From Candidatus Woesearchaeota archaeon (GTDB lineage: Archaea > Nanobdellota > Nanobdellia > Pacearchaeales > GW2011-AR1), in the NCBI GenBank assembly GCA_964578845.1, contig CAZOEF010000001.1, forward strand, positions 104,591-168,590: 64,000 nucleotides of DNA, written 5' to 3'. The notes under the pieces were generated by a model. That model was not told where the DNA came from, made no database searches, and worked only from the letters and a program-made list of their open reading frames with translations. The first letter of the stretch is position 1. Each line of letters begins with the position of its first letter. The position numbers and the translations under genes were made by a program. This document shows, piece by piece, positions 39,211-48,421 of this stretch.

Positions 39211-39354
39211 AAAAATCCCACAGGATGAAATGGAAAAATAGCGAGGGTGGGTGCTCGTGAAATCAAAGATTCCCGGCAACCTTCGTAAACCTTAAAGTTT
39301 ACTCAGGTATTTGAAAAATCCCACAGGATGAAATGGAAAAATAGCGAGGGTGGG
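39211..39354. repeat. 41-bp exact direct repeat of the tRNA-iMet 3' end plus trailer (39211-39251 and 39314-39354)
   Basis: aaaaatcccacaggatgaaatggaaaaatagcgagggtggg occurs twice, 103 bp apart. Confidence 0.95.
39239..39315 (-). pseudogene. Orphan 3' fragment of tRNA-iMet (T-loop to discriminator) carrying a 57-nt twin-hairpin insert (39252-39308)
   Basis: Minus strand reads TTCAAAT-[ACCTGAGTAAAC..GTTTACGAAGGT TGCCGGGAATC..GATTTCACGAGCA]-CCCACCCTCGCTA. Confidence 0.8.
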
Positions 39355-39417
39355 ATTTGAACCACACGACCTCCGGGTTATGGGCCCGACGAGCACTCCA
39401 GACTGCTCTACCTCGCT
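39342..39417 (-). tRNA. Initiator tRNA-Met(CAU)
   Basis: A1-U72 (AGCGAGG/CCTCGCT), three G-C pairs in the anticodon stem, CAT anticodon, TTCAAAT T-loop. Confidence 0.9.
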
Positions 39418-39505
39418 ATGATTAATATACTAATGAGAGGACTTTTAAAGATTTGCCTAGAAGACATTTGCAAATAAAATGATTTATTAAGGCCTAAATC
39501 CTGGA

Positions 39506-40138
39506 ATGAATATGAAATTCAAGAGAGGTGAATGGGCAGTTATATTGTTTAATCTCGCTTATATCATTCCGTTCACTATATTCTATCTTCTAAAAGAAGA
39601 TTATGAGTTCCTTATCTATATTGCAGTTTTAGTGTTGATAGCATTAATCATACTATTCAATTTCAGGAAATTAAATCTTGATTATTTAGCTTTATGGGGA
39701 TTGTCATTATGGGGATTACTCCACATGGCCGGAGGAGGGGTTATAATCAACGGGGCTACATTATACAAATTAAGAGTAATTGAACTAATCAATAACACTG
39801 CATTGAGCCCTGATTTTTATATACTTAAAATGGATCAGTTTGTACATTTCTACGGCTTCGCTGTCGCGGCTATTGTGATCTATCAATTATCTGCTCCCCA
39901 TATCAAAGACCTGCCTAAAAAAATGAAGCTTGCAATATTCCTGGCGTTCGTCGGGAGCATGGGATTAGGCGCATTGAACGAAGTTGTAGAATTTTTAGCG
40001 TTTGTATTTGTAAAAGAGACAGGCGTAGGGGACGTTTATAACACTGGCTTTGATTTAATATTCAATATGTTTGGAGCTTTCTTCGGGGCTTTAGTTGCAT
40101 CGTGGTGGAACAAACGAAAGGTAGCTAATAAAGTGTAA
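39506..40138 (+). CDS. Membrane protein (DUF2238-like)
   Basis: Several TM helices, LHMAGG, DQFVHFYG, GALNEVVEF, DL..N. Confidence 0.75.
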   Translation: MNMKFKRGEWAVILFNLAYIIPFTIFYLLKEDYEFLIYIAVLVLIALIILFNFRKLNLDYLALWGLSLWGLLHMAGGGVIINGATLYKLRVIELINNTALSPDFYILKMDQFVHFYGFAVAAIVIYQLSAPHIKDLPKKMKLAIFLAFVGSMGLGALNEVVEFLAFVFVKETGVGDVYNTGFDLIFNMFGAFFGALVASWWNKRKVANKV

Positions 40139-40172
40139 TTAATGTTAAAAAGAAAGATTTCAATTATCCTGA

Positions 40173-40712
40173 ATGGCTCATCTAAATGTAGAATTCAAAG
40201 CTAGATGTGAAGATCCACTTGCTGTTAGAAGAATCTTAGAAGATATTGGGGCTGATTATAGAGGCCAGGATCACCAGATTGACACTTATTTTAATGTTAC
40301 TAGCGGAAGGCTTAAATTAAGAGAAGGGACAATAGAAAACAACCTCATACATTATCTAAGGGATGACCAGGAAGGACCTAAACAATCGCATGTCTCTTTG
40401 TTCACGACTCATCCTGGCTCGACTCTTAAGACTATTCTGACTACTTCTTTAGGCATTAAAGTCGTGGTTGACAAGAAAAGAGATATATATTTCATTGACA
40501 ATGTGAAATTCCATATAGATGATGTTAAGGGACTGGGGCATTTTGTAGAAGTCGAAGCGATAGATAGGGATGGCACAATAGGAAGAGAAAGGCTTGAGGA
40601 CCAGTGCAATAGATATCTTGATGAATTTGGAATAAAACCTGAGCAATTAATATCTGTATCTTATAGCGATCTGTTGATGCAACAATCTCAAATTTGGAAG
40701 GAATATTTATAA
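40173..40712 (+). CDS. CYTH-domain protein (class IV adenylate cyclase-like)
   Basis: NVEFKAR, QIDTYF, RLKLR, VVDKKR, LGHFVEVE. Confidence 0.92.
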   Translation: MAHLNVEFKARCEDPLAVRRILEDIGADYRGQDHQIDTYFNVTSGRLKLREGTIENNLIHYLRDDQEGPKQSHVSLFTTHPGSTLKTILTTSLGIKVVVDKKRDIYFIDNVKFHIDDVKGLGHFVEVEAIDRDGTIGRERLEDQCNRYLDEFGIKPEQLISVSYSDLLMQQSQIWKEYL

Positions 40713-40732
40713 AGTAAGGAATTTCTTACTTT
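40711..40732. promoter_or_regulatory. Palindromic operator of the AbrB-MazF operon
   Basis: AAAGTAAG-GAATTT-CTTACTTT between the TATA box (TTTATAAA) and the ATG. Confidence 0.7.
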
Positions 40733-40734
40733 TT

Positions 40735-40968
40735 ATGGAAACCAGAATAATAAAAGTCACGGATAAAGGACAGATATCCCTGCCTATTAAAATAAGGGAA
40801 TCTCTTCATATAAATAAAGGAGATGAATTGATAGTCACCCAGAGCAATGACTCAGTCATAATGAAGAAGCTTAGAAGGGAAGATTTTTCTGACTTGTTGA
40901 AACATTCGGAAAAAGTGGCTAAAAAACTCTGGGACAACAAAGAAGATGAGGTCTGGAATGAAATATAG
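40735..40968 (+). CDS. AbrB/MazE family antitoxin
   Basis: KVTDKGQISLPIKIRESLHINKGDEL. Confidence 0.9.
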   Translation: METRIIKVTDKGQISLPIKIRESLHINKGDELIVTQSNDSVIMKKLRREDFSDLLKHSEKVAKKLWDNKEDEVWNEI

Positions 40969-41293
40969 GCAAGGAGAGATTGTGATAGCACCATTTCCTT
41001 TTTCAGACCTAAGCTCTGTAAAACAAAGGCCCGTATTAATATTGTCAAATAATAAAGATAATAAATCTTCTGATGACTTAATTACTTGTGGAATAACATC
41101 CAATCTCAAAAAGACTAAACATTCTATTATGATAGATGAAAATAGCTTGGAATCCGGAGCAATACCTAAAAAGAGTATGGTAAAAGTGGATAAAATATTT
41201 ACACTAGAAAAAACTTCAATTATTAAGAGGGTGGCTAAAATAAATAATGAGATGTTAAATCTTGTAAAGAAGGATTTTTACAGCCTGGTTTAG
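40958..41293 (+). CDS. PemK/MazF family toxin
   Basis: GEIVIAPFPFSD..KQRPVLILS, GITS; overlaps the antitoxin stop codon. Confidence 0.92.
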   Translation: MKYRQGEIVIAPFPFSDLSSVKQRPVLILSNNKDNKSSDDLITCGITSNLKKTKHSIMIDENSLESGAIPKKSMVKVDKIFTLEKTSIIKRVAKINNEMLNLVKKDFYSLV

Positions 41294-41329
41294 GAAGTTT
41301 TAAAACTGCTTATTTCTCTAGAGATTGAT

Positions 41330-41413
41330 GCCCGGATGGCCCAGCGGTTACGGCGCGGGATTGCTAATCCCGTTTCCCTTGTGGATTCCCAAGTTCGAAT
41401 CTTGGTCCGGGCG
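41330..41413 (+). tRNA. tRNA-Ser(GCU)
   Basis: GCCCGGA/TCCGGGC acceptor stem, CGGGA-TT-GCT-AA-TCCCG, long variable arm, TTCGAAT T-loop, G discriminator. Confidence 0.95.
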
Positions 41414-41442
41414 CTCCACCATTTTGATTATCTTTTTAGGTT

Positions 41443-42105
41443 TTATGAAGCCAAAGATATAACCTTCATAATATAAGATATTTCAGAATCTTTAAATTTA
41501 TTTTTATTCTCTAATCTCTTTTCCCATTTGAATCCGGGCATAATAACAATTACTTCTTTTTCATTTAACTTAGACCATAAGGCACTATTTTTTCTAATAT
41601 GATGATTTCCTAACAGTGCAAAGACGAGACCCTTTGAGCTATATTGATTAATTATCTTAGCTTGTTGCAATTCTCGCTTCTTAGTAATCTTATTTGTTTC
41701 TTCATTAGAATATTTTTTATTTCTCCAATCTTTATTTACCCCCATATTTTTAAGATCGCATCCAATAATCGGTAATCCAAAACTTCTAGCCACTTTTACT
41801 ATGGGTTTTAATTGTCCATATTTAGAAACTACTGAAAAATCCTTATCATCTGGCTTACTTAGAAATTCTTTCGCTTTCTTATCGTTTAAAATATTGCGCC
41901 TCTCAAGCATCTCATAAAGGAAGAAATCCGGCTTAACTGCGCGAATTACTCTCTTTTGAACTTCTATTTGATTAATAAATCCATGATATTCTCCAAAAAG
42001 AACTGTAATTATTCTGTGATCTTTAATGAATTTTCTAAGGTCATTAATACTTTTAACACCCTTAATGCCTACTTGTATCTTGTACATTTCTCTTTTAATA
42101 GTCAA
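41443..42105 (-). CDS. Hypothetical protein, ChaN/EreA-like fold
   Basis: VLFGEYH, FLYEML, IIGCD, RE, LGNHH motif order. Confidence 0.55.
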   Translation of the reverse strand: MTIKREMYKIQVGIKGVKSINDLRKFIKDHRIITVLFGEYHGFINQIEVQKRVIRAVKPDFFLYEMLERRNILNDKKAKEFLSKPDDKDFSVVSKYGQLKPIVKVARSFGLPIIGCDLKNMGVNKDWRNKKYSNEETNKITKKRELQQAKIINQYSSKGLVFALLGNHHIRKNSALWSKLNEKEVIVIMPGFKWEKRLENKNKFKDSEISYIMKVISLAS

Positions 42106-42159
42106 TTATTTAAAGAGGTATCGTATAACAATGAGATTAGATCTGCAATTTGGGAGTTT

Positions 42160-42570
42160 ATGAAAATGGAAAAAGAAGATTTTCACAAAAAATGGTATTA
42201 TCGATCACTTCAAATAATATTTCTGGGTTTTTTTATATTCTTTTTCATTGTGGGCATTAGAGGTATCTTTTACGGAGAGGGTGAGCCATTTATTGGATTC
42301 ATCTTTGCAGGTATTTTAGCTATTATCTATTGGCTGATTATGAGAAGTGTAGGCACAATGAGCGGTTTCGTTTTTGGCGTAATAGTTGGCCTTCTTTTAT
42401 TATTTATAATATCCAAACTTAATCCGGGGGACGATATAGCTGGGATAGTGATAATTACCTTATTAGTAAGTGGATCATTCTGTGCTTTCATAGGTTATTT
42501 AATTCAAAATTATCTTGGAAAGAAGAATAAAGATAGGTTTATTCGCTCAAGACGTGAGTACACACAATAG
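42160..42570 (+). CDS. Membrane protein
   Basis: Four hydrophobic segments. Confidence 0.55.
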   Translation: MKMEKEDFHKKWYYRSLQIIFLGFFIFFFIVGIRGIFYGEGEPFIGFIFAGILAIIYWLIMRSVGTMSGFVFGVIVGLLLLFIISKLNPGDDIAGIVIITLLVSGSFCAFIGYLIQNYLGKKNKDRFIRSRREYTQ

Positions 42571-42610
42571 AAGATAATAAATAATAGAAATGCTTAGCAT
42601 TTACTTAATC

Positions 42611-42904
42611 ATGAAAATCAAAGATATATTTAATTATTACAAGGATAATCCTAAAGGGTATTGGTTCAAGCGAAAGCTCTATGGTTGGGGCTGGGTGCCT
42701 GTAAGATGGCAGGGCTGGCTTGTAATAATTATTAGTGCAGCTATTTTTGGTGCAGGCATTTACATCGGAGAAACTGATGATGCACCAGGTGCAGCGCTAC
42801 TTGGCCTGTTAGCAATGATCGCAATTCTCATATTTTTCGGCTACTGGAAAGGGGAAAAGCCGCGCTGGCAGTGGGGATTGAAAGACAAAAGTAGAAACAG
42901 ATAA
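42611..42904 (+). CDS. Small membrane protein
   Basis: YWFKRKLYGWGWVPVRWQGW followed by two TM helices and GEKPRWQWG. Confidence 0.75.
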   Translation: MKIKDIFNYYKDNPKGYWFKRKLYGWGWVPVRWQGWLVIIISAAIFGAGIYIGETDDAPGAALLGLLAMIAILIFFGYWKGEKPRWQWGLKDKSRNR

Positions 42905-42934
42905 TGTTTTAAATAAATCAATTCTAAAGGACTT

Positions 42935-44617
42935 GTGAAAACTTTTGAAGAATTTACATATAAGCGCCCTGACATTAATAAGGTAGAAAAAGAATTTGTA
43001 GATAATATCTCTAACCTTAAGGGAGCTGAAAATGCAGAGGAATTTTTGAAAACAGTTGAATATACTGAAAGGCTCATAACAGAAATTGATTCAATGATAA
43101 CTCTTGCTAGTATCAGGTTCAACCAAGACACCCAAGATGAATTCTACTCAGGGGAACATGAGTTCTGTAATAAACTGCTGCCCATCTTACAAAACCTAAA
43201 AAGAGAGTATTATCAAGTCATTATAAATTCCAAGTTTAGAGGAAACTTTGATAAGAAATATGGGAAAAATGTTGGTAGGGCAATGGAAAGATCATTAAAT
43301 ACAGTCAAGCCGGCTGTGCTTGATCTTCTTGAAAAAGAAAATAACCTAGCAAGCAAATACAGAAAACTTATCAGCTCAGGAGACTTTACATTTAAGGGTA
43401 AAAAATTGACAAGAAGTGAATTGCGCTCCCTATTCACATCAAAAGACAGAGAGACAAGAAAGCTTGCCAATGAAGAATTCTGTCATTTTTTCGAGAAATA
43501 CGAGGAAGAATTAGATGAGATCTTTGATAATCTTGTAAAGACAAGACATGAAATAGCTTTAGCGTTAGGATATGATAATTTTGTTGAACTTGGGTATGAC
43601 AGACTGGGAAGGCCTGATTATGGAAGCAGCGAAGTTAAGGAACTGCAAAAGCATGCATTGAAGAATTTTATTCCATTCATAGAGAAGGTAAAATCGTGGC
43701 AAAAATCAAATATGGGCCTAGATAAGTTATACTATTACGATGATCCGGTCTATTTCAAAGAGGACATTGAGATTAAAGGAGATCATTCTTTTGTAATAAA
43801 AGAAGTAGAAAATACTTTTAGGGAGATGGGTAAGGAGAGTAAAGAATTCTTCACATATATGATAGAACGTAATCTATTAGACCTTCTTCCGAGAAAATCA
43901 AAACTGGATTGGGGATTCTGCGAATTTATCAAATCGGAGAAAGCCCCTTTTGTATTTATGAATTATTCCGGCTCACCTCTTAATGTTCTGACATTATTTC
44001 ATGAAGGGGGCCATGCATTATGCGCCTATATGAACAGAGACAAAAGCTTTCGGGATGAGACTACTGTAGGATATGAACTCTCAGAGATACATTCAATGTC
44101 AATGGAATATTTCTGCTGGCCATATGTTGACAGGATTACATCAAATCCGGAACAGTTCAAGCTTTTTAGCCTTTTGAAAGGCGCGCTCTTTATACCTTAC
44201 GGGCTTCTTGTTGATGCATTCCAGCACTGGGTATATGAGAATCCTAATGTATCGCCTTCAGACAGAAAAAAGCAATGGAGAGAAATGGAGAAAAAATACC
44301 TTCCTTATTTAGATTATGAAGATAATGAATTCTTAGATAAAGGGACTTTCTGGTATAGACAGCTCCATATATTTGATGCCCCTTTCTATTATATTGATTA
44401 TGTGATAGCTGGTTTGTGTGCCTTTCAATATCTGTTCAGGTTCATGGAGAATAGAGATAAAGCATGGAAAGACTACATTAATCTGATAAACTCTTCTATA
44501 ACTTATGGTTTCAATGATGCGCTGAAAAAAGGAAACCTCAAAAGTCCGTTTAAGGAAGCGACAATAAAAGAGATCACTGAGAATCTTGAGTCTTTATTAG
44601 GGATATTACTACAATAA
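42935..44617 (+). CDS. M3 family oligoendopeptidase
   Basis: TLFHEGGHA, EIHSMSME, QLHIF..PFYYIDY; GTG start. Confidence 0.92.
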   Translation: MKTFEEFTYKRPDINKVEKEFVDNISNLKGAENAEEFLKTVEYTERLITEIDSMITLASIRFNQDTQDEFYSGEHEFCNKLLPILQNLKREYYQVIINSKFRGNFDKKYGKNVGRAMERSLNTVKPAVLDLLEKENNLASKYRKLISSGDFTFKGKKLTRSELRSLFTSKDRETRKLANEEFCHFFEKYEEELDEIFDNLVKTRHEIALALGYDNFVELGYDRLGRPDYGSSEVKELQKHALKNFIPFIEKVKSWQKSNMGLDKLYYYDDPVYFKEDIEIKGDHSFVIKEVENTFREMGKESKEFFTYMIERNLLDLLPRKSKLDWGFCEFIKSEKAPFVFMNYSGSPLNVLTLFHEGGHALCAYMNRDKSFRDETTVGYELSEIHSMSMEYFCWPYVDRITSNPEQFKLFSLLKGALFIPYGLLVDAFQHWVYENPNVSPSDRKKQWREMEKKYLPYLDYEDNEFLDKGTFWYRQLHIFDAPFYYIDYVIAGLCAFQYLFRFMENRDKAWKDYINLINSSITYGFNDALKKGNLKSPFKEATIKEITENLESLLGILLQ

Positions 44618-44648
44618 AAATTATAAATCCAGAATAAAATAGAATCTT

Positions 44649-45311
44649 ATGGTACTTAATCTATATTTGTTCAGACATGGGGAAACTGAGTATAATATCA
44701 CTGGCAATAAGATTGGGGGAAGATCAAATCATCTTGAGCTTTCTGAGAGAGGAGTTAAGCAGGCAAGAGCTTTAGGGGAGAGATTATTGAGAGAAGGAAT
44801 AATGTTTGATGAGTTGCATTCTTCGACTGCTGTTAGGGCTATGGCTACTGCAGAAATTGTAGCTAGAACAATCGAATATCCTACAGAAAATATTATGACG
44901 TCTCCTGAGCTTTTGGAACTGTCGCAAGGTGATTGGGAAGGAAAGGTACGCTCTGAGATATATACTTCTGATGTCATAGCAATGATGAGGAAGCAAAGTC
45001 CTGATTTCAGAGCCCCGAATGGCGAGTCACAAAGAGATGTTGAGGAAAGAATTTATGGATGGGTTGAGAGAAATTTTATTGGAAGGCAGCTGACTGTCGG
45101 AGTCTTTGGCCACGGAATGGCTACAAAATGTTTCCTTAGAAAAGTCCTTGGCTCGAATCCGGATATTACATACAAGATGGAGATAGACAATTGTTCAATA
45201 ACACATTTGATTTACACCCCAGATGGACCCCATAAAGGATGGGGCTTGACAAAAGTTAATGACAATAGTCATATAAATGGTGTTGGCTTCTCCCATACAA
45301 GATACGCTTAA
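44649..45311 (+). CDS. Histidine phosphatase family protein
   Basis: RHGET, ELSQGDWEG, GES, FGHG. Confidence 0.92.
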   Translation: MVLNLYLFRHGETEYNITGNKIGGRSNHLELSERGVKQARALGERLLREGIMFDELHSSTAVRAMATAEIVARTIEYPTENIMTSPELLELSQGDWEGKVRSEIYTSDVIAMMRKQSPDFRAPNGESQRDVEERIYGWVERNFIGRQLTVGVFGHGMATKCFLRKVLGSNPDITYKMEIDNCSITHLIYTPDGPHKGWGLTKVNDNSHINGVGFSHTRYA

Positions 45312-45349
45312 CACCCAAAATTTAAATAACCTAAACCTTTTTGATAAAT

Positions 45350-46216
45350 ATGCAAAAGATAGTCCCTCATTTATGGTTTGATAAGGAAGCGGTTGAAGCT
45401 GCTGAGTTCTATACTAAAGTATTTCCGGATTCCAAGATAACACATAAATCTATGATAAAGGACACCCCTTCAGGGGATTGTGATATTGTAGGATTCAATT
45501 TAATGGGATATGAATTCATGTCAATAAGTGCAGGGCCGTATTTCAAAATAAACCCATCTATATCTTTCCATGTCAAATGCAAAACTCCTCAGGAAGTGGA
45601 TAATTATTATGAAAAATTATCTGAGAATGGAAAAGTCTTAATGGAGCTTAGCGAATATCCTTTCAGCAAAAGGTATGCCTGGGTTGAGGATAAATTCGGA
45701 GTGTCATGGCAGATAATACTAACAGAAGAAAACTTTGAACAAAATATTGTTCCTGCATTATTATTCACGCAGGATTTGTGTGGTAAATCAAGAGAAGCAA
45801 TTGAATATTATGTTAAAGTATTCCCTGAATCTAAGATAGATGCAATAGTTGAGTATGGCAAGAATGAATTCAATGAAAAAGAAGATAATATAATGTACTC
45901 ACAGTTCAAGTTAGCAAATGAAGAATTCATTGCAATGGATTCTGGCATGGACCACAAATTCAAATTCAATGAAGCGATATCCTTTATTGTTAACTGCAAA
46001 GACCAGAAAGAGATTGATCATTACTGGGATAAACTATCAGCAGTTCCTGAATCTGAGCAATGTGGGTGGGTGAAAGATAAATTCGGAGTTTCGTGGCAGA
46101 TAACTCCTGAAAATATGAATGAATTATTATCAAAAAATCCGGAAAAGACAACTCCTATAATGCTGAAAATGAAAAAGATAATAATTACTGAACTAGAGAA
46201 AGCTGGGGAAGAATAG
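45350..46216 (+). CDS. VOC family protein (PhnB/3-demethylubiquinone-9 methyltransferase-like, two domains)
   Basis: QKIVPHLWFD and two DKFGVSWQI motifs. Confidence 0.9.
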   Translation: MQKIVPHLWFDKEAVEAAEFYTKVFPDSKITHKSMIKDTPSGDCDIVGFNLMGYEFMSISAGPYFKINPSISFHVKCKTPQEVDNYYEKLSENGKVLMELSEYPFSKRYAWVEDKFGVSWQIILTEENFEQNIVPALLFTQDLCGKSREAIEYYVKVFPESKIDAIVEYGKNEFNEKEDNIMYSQFKLANEEFIAMDSGMDHKFKFNEAISFIVNCKDQKEIDHYWDKLSAVPESEQCGWVKDKFGVSWQITPENMNELLSKNPEKTTPIMLKMKKIIITELEKAGEE

Positions 46217-46270
46217 ATTTACGATTTAGATACAATAAACGTTTAAATACTCACTCAATAGATTTTATCT

Positions 46271-46639
46271 ATGAGACATGAACAATATATAGGTTTTAGG
46301 GAAATCCCTCATGGGCTTGAAAAATTTTTAGAAGAAAAAGGATTTATAGAAACTCCTACTAGCCCAAATTCTTCCGGAATGCATGTTTATGAAAATCAAG
46401 GAGATATGTGGTTTGAATTAGTATATAATGAAAATCTTGTGCAAGCAAGGCCTGGTGAAGTTCCTGACTGGAACAGATCGCCTGTACCGATTGTATCTGA
46501 TATGCAAATTTCATATCCTGGCTGGGAGGATGAAGAGCTAGATATAGTGAATAGTTTAGTTAGAGATATTGTTAATACCTTTGATGCAGTACATTATGAT
46601 GTTCAGTTAGATATATTTTATGAAAGGGATCAGAAGTAA
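46271..46639 (+). CDS. Hypothetical protein
   Basis: 122-aa ORF with TATA box. Confidence 0.6.
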   Translation: MRHEQYIGFREIPHGLEKFLEEKGFIETPTSPNSSGMHVYENQGDMWFELVYNENLVQARPGEVPDWNRSPVPIVSDMQISYPGWEDEELDIVNSLVRDIVNTFDAVHYDVQLDIFYERDQK

Positions 46640-46694
46640 AAATAATACTTCTTCCTATCAATAAGTTCTTAAATCCTAAATTGATAATCTAAAA

Positions 46695-47651
46695 ATGCCT
46701 ATAAAAAATGATGATGTAGTTGTAGTAAAGAACTTAAGGAAATCATTCAAGAATGTTCACGTCCTGAAAGGAGTTGATTTCTCCATGAAAAAGGGAAAGG
46801 TATTGGCCCTTCTTGGGCCTAACGGAGCCGGCAAAACTACGACTGTAAAAATACTAAGTACCTTACTAAAACCTGACGGAGGGAAAGCATTAGTAAATGG
46901 CCACGATGTGGTAAAGCAGTCTTATGAAGTAAAGAAGAGTATTGGCTTGACAGGACAGTATGCTGCTGTTGATGAATATTTGACAGGCGAAGAGAACTTG
47001 ATCATGATGGGCAGGCTTTACAGGCTAAGCAAGAAAGATTCCGCAAAAAGAGCAAAGGAATTATTGAAAGAGTTCGACCTGAATGGCGCGGCAAAGAGAG
47101 CTGTAAAGACTTATTCAGGCGGAATGAGAAGAAGATTAGATTTAGCTATGAGCCTGATTGCTTCACCGCCAATAATCTTTCTGGATGAACCTACCACTGG
47201 CTTAGACCCTAGAAGCCGCATGACAATGTGGGAAATAATCAAGAAACTTGCTAATAGCGGGACTACAATACTATTGACAACTCAATATATGGAGGAAGCG
47301 GACAGGTTGGCTGACAGGATAATTGTATTAGATAATGGGAAAATAATCGCCGAGGGAACAGCCCAGGAATTAAAACAGAAAGTCGGGCCTGAAAGATTAG
47401 AATTGATCATTTCCTCTGAAAGTGATTTTAGCAAAGCTGTCAAATTGATCGGAAAAGAATTGACTTCTGACAAGGAAAACAGAAAAATAAATATCACTAT
47501 TGAAAAAGGCATTGGTGAGATTAAGGATGTCCTCAATAAACTTGAAAGCGGAAATATCAAGATAGATAGCTTTTCATTACATCGCCCGACTTTAGACGAC
47601 GTCTTCCTTAACTTGACAGGGCGCGCTGCGAGCGAAGAGGAGAAAAAATGA
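46695..47651 (+). CDS. ABC exporter ATP-binding protein, DrrA-like
   Basis: GPNGAGKTT, YSGGMRRRLD, FLDEPTTGLDP, C-terminal PTLDDVFL.LTG. Confidence 0.93.
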   Translation: MPIKNDDVVVVKNLRKSFKNVHVLKGVDFSMKKGKVLALLGPNGAGKTTTVKILSTLLKPDGGKALVNGHDVVKQSYEVKKSIGLTGQYAAVDEYLTGEENLIMMGRLYRLSKKDSAKRAKELLKEFDLNGAAKRAVKTYSGGMRRRLDLAMSLIASPPIIFLDEPTTGLDPRSRMTMWEIIKKLANSGTTILLTTQYMEEADRLADRIIVLDNGKIIAEGTAQELKQKVGPERLELIISSESDFSKAVKLIGKELTSDKENRKINITIEKGIGEIKDVLNKLESGNIKIDSFSLHRPTLDDVFLNLTGRAASEEEKK

Positions 47652-48421
47652 ACGTGTTATGGATGCTTAGAGACTGCTGGGTATTGACGCAGCGAAGCCT
47701 GAAGCATATGGTCAAGAACTTTGACCAATTATTATCTATAATCATCATGCCTGTCATGTTCTTGTTATTATTCAGGTATGTTTTCGGAGGAGCAATAAAT
47801 ACTGGAGATGTGAGTTATGTCAATTTCCTTGTTGCAGGAATACTAGTTCAGACTTTAGCATTTGGAGCAAGCACTACCACATTGAATTTAGTATTGGATC
47901 TAAAAAGAGGCGTGATAGATAGGTTTAGGTCATTACCAATGTTTAGTCCTGCTTTGTTAGTGGGACACGTCTCAGCTGATTTAGTAAGAAACACCCTTTC
48001 AGGAGTAATATTATTAGCATTTAGTTTCCTTCTTGGATTCAGGCCTAACGCAAGCTTGCTAGAATGGGGATTAGTCTTCGGATTACTGCTATTATTTACT
48101 TTTGCAATGTCGTGGCTGTCCGCAATAATCGGACTTCTTGTAAGGAGCATGGAAGCAGCGCAATGGATATCATTCATGTTCATAATGCCATTGACTTTTA
48201 TCAGCAGTGCTTTCGTCCCTACAGATAGCATGCCTGCAGCATTAAGGGTATTCGCAGAGAACCAGCCATTCACAAAAGTCATTGAGGCTATAAGAGCATG
48301 GCTAGTCGGCACACCTATAGGAAATTCAGGATGGATCGCACTATTATGGTGTTTAGGAGCTATTATAGTATTCATACCTTTAGCAGCACATCTTTTCAAG
48401 AACAAGCAGAGATTTGATTAA
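47648..48421 (+). CDS. ABC-2 type permease, DrrB-like
   Basis: Six TM helices, GVIDRFRSLP, SSAFVP..SMP; ATGA overlap with the ATPase gene. Confidence 0.9.
   Translation: MNVLWMLRDCWVLTQRSLKHMVKNFDQLLSIIIMPVMFLLLFRYVFGGAINTGDVSYVNFLVAGILVQTLAFGASTTTLNLVLDLKRGVIDRFRSLPMFSPALLVGHVSADLVRNTLSGVILLAFSFLLGFRPNASLLEWGLVFGLLLLFTFAMSWLSAIIGLLVRSMEAAQWISFMFIMPLTFISSAFVPTDSMPAALRVFAENQPFTKVIEAIRAWLVGTPIGNSGWIALLWCLGAIIVFIPLAAHLFKNKQRFD

Noticed and set aside
39211..39354. 41-bp direct repeat as a CRISPR mini-array or prophage attL/attR
   Set aside because: There are only two copies, they consist of tRNA 3' end plus trailer, they are 62 bp apart and no integrase is present.
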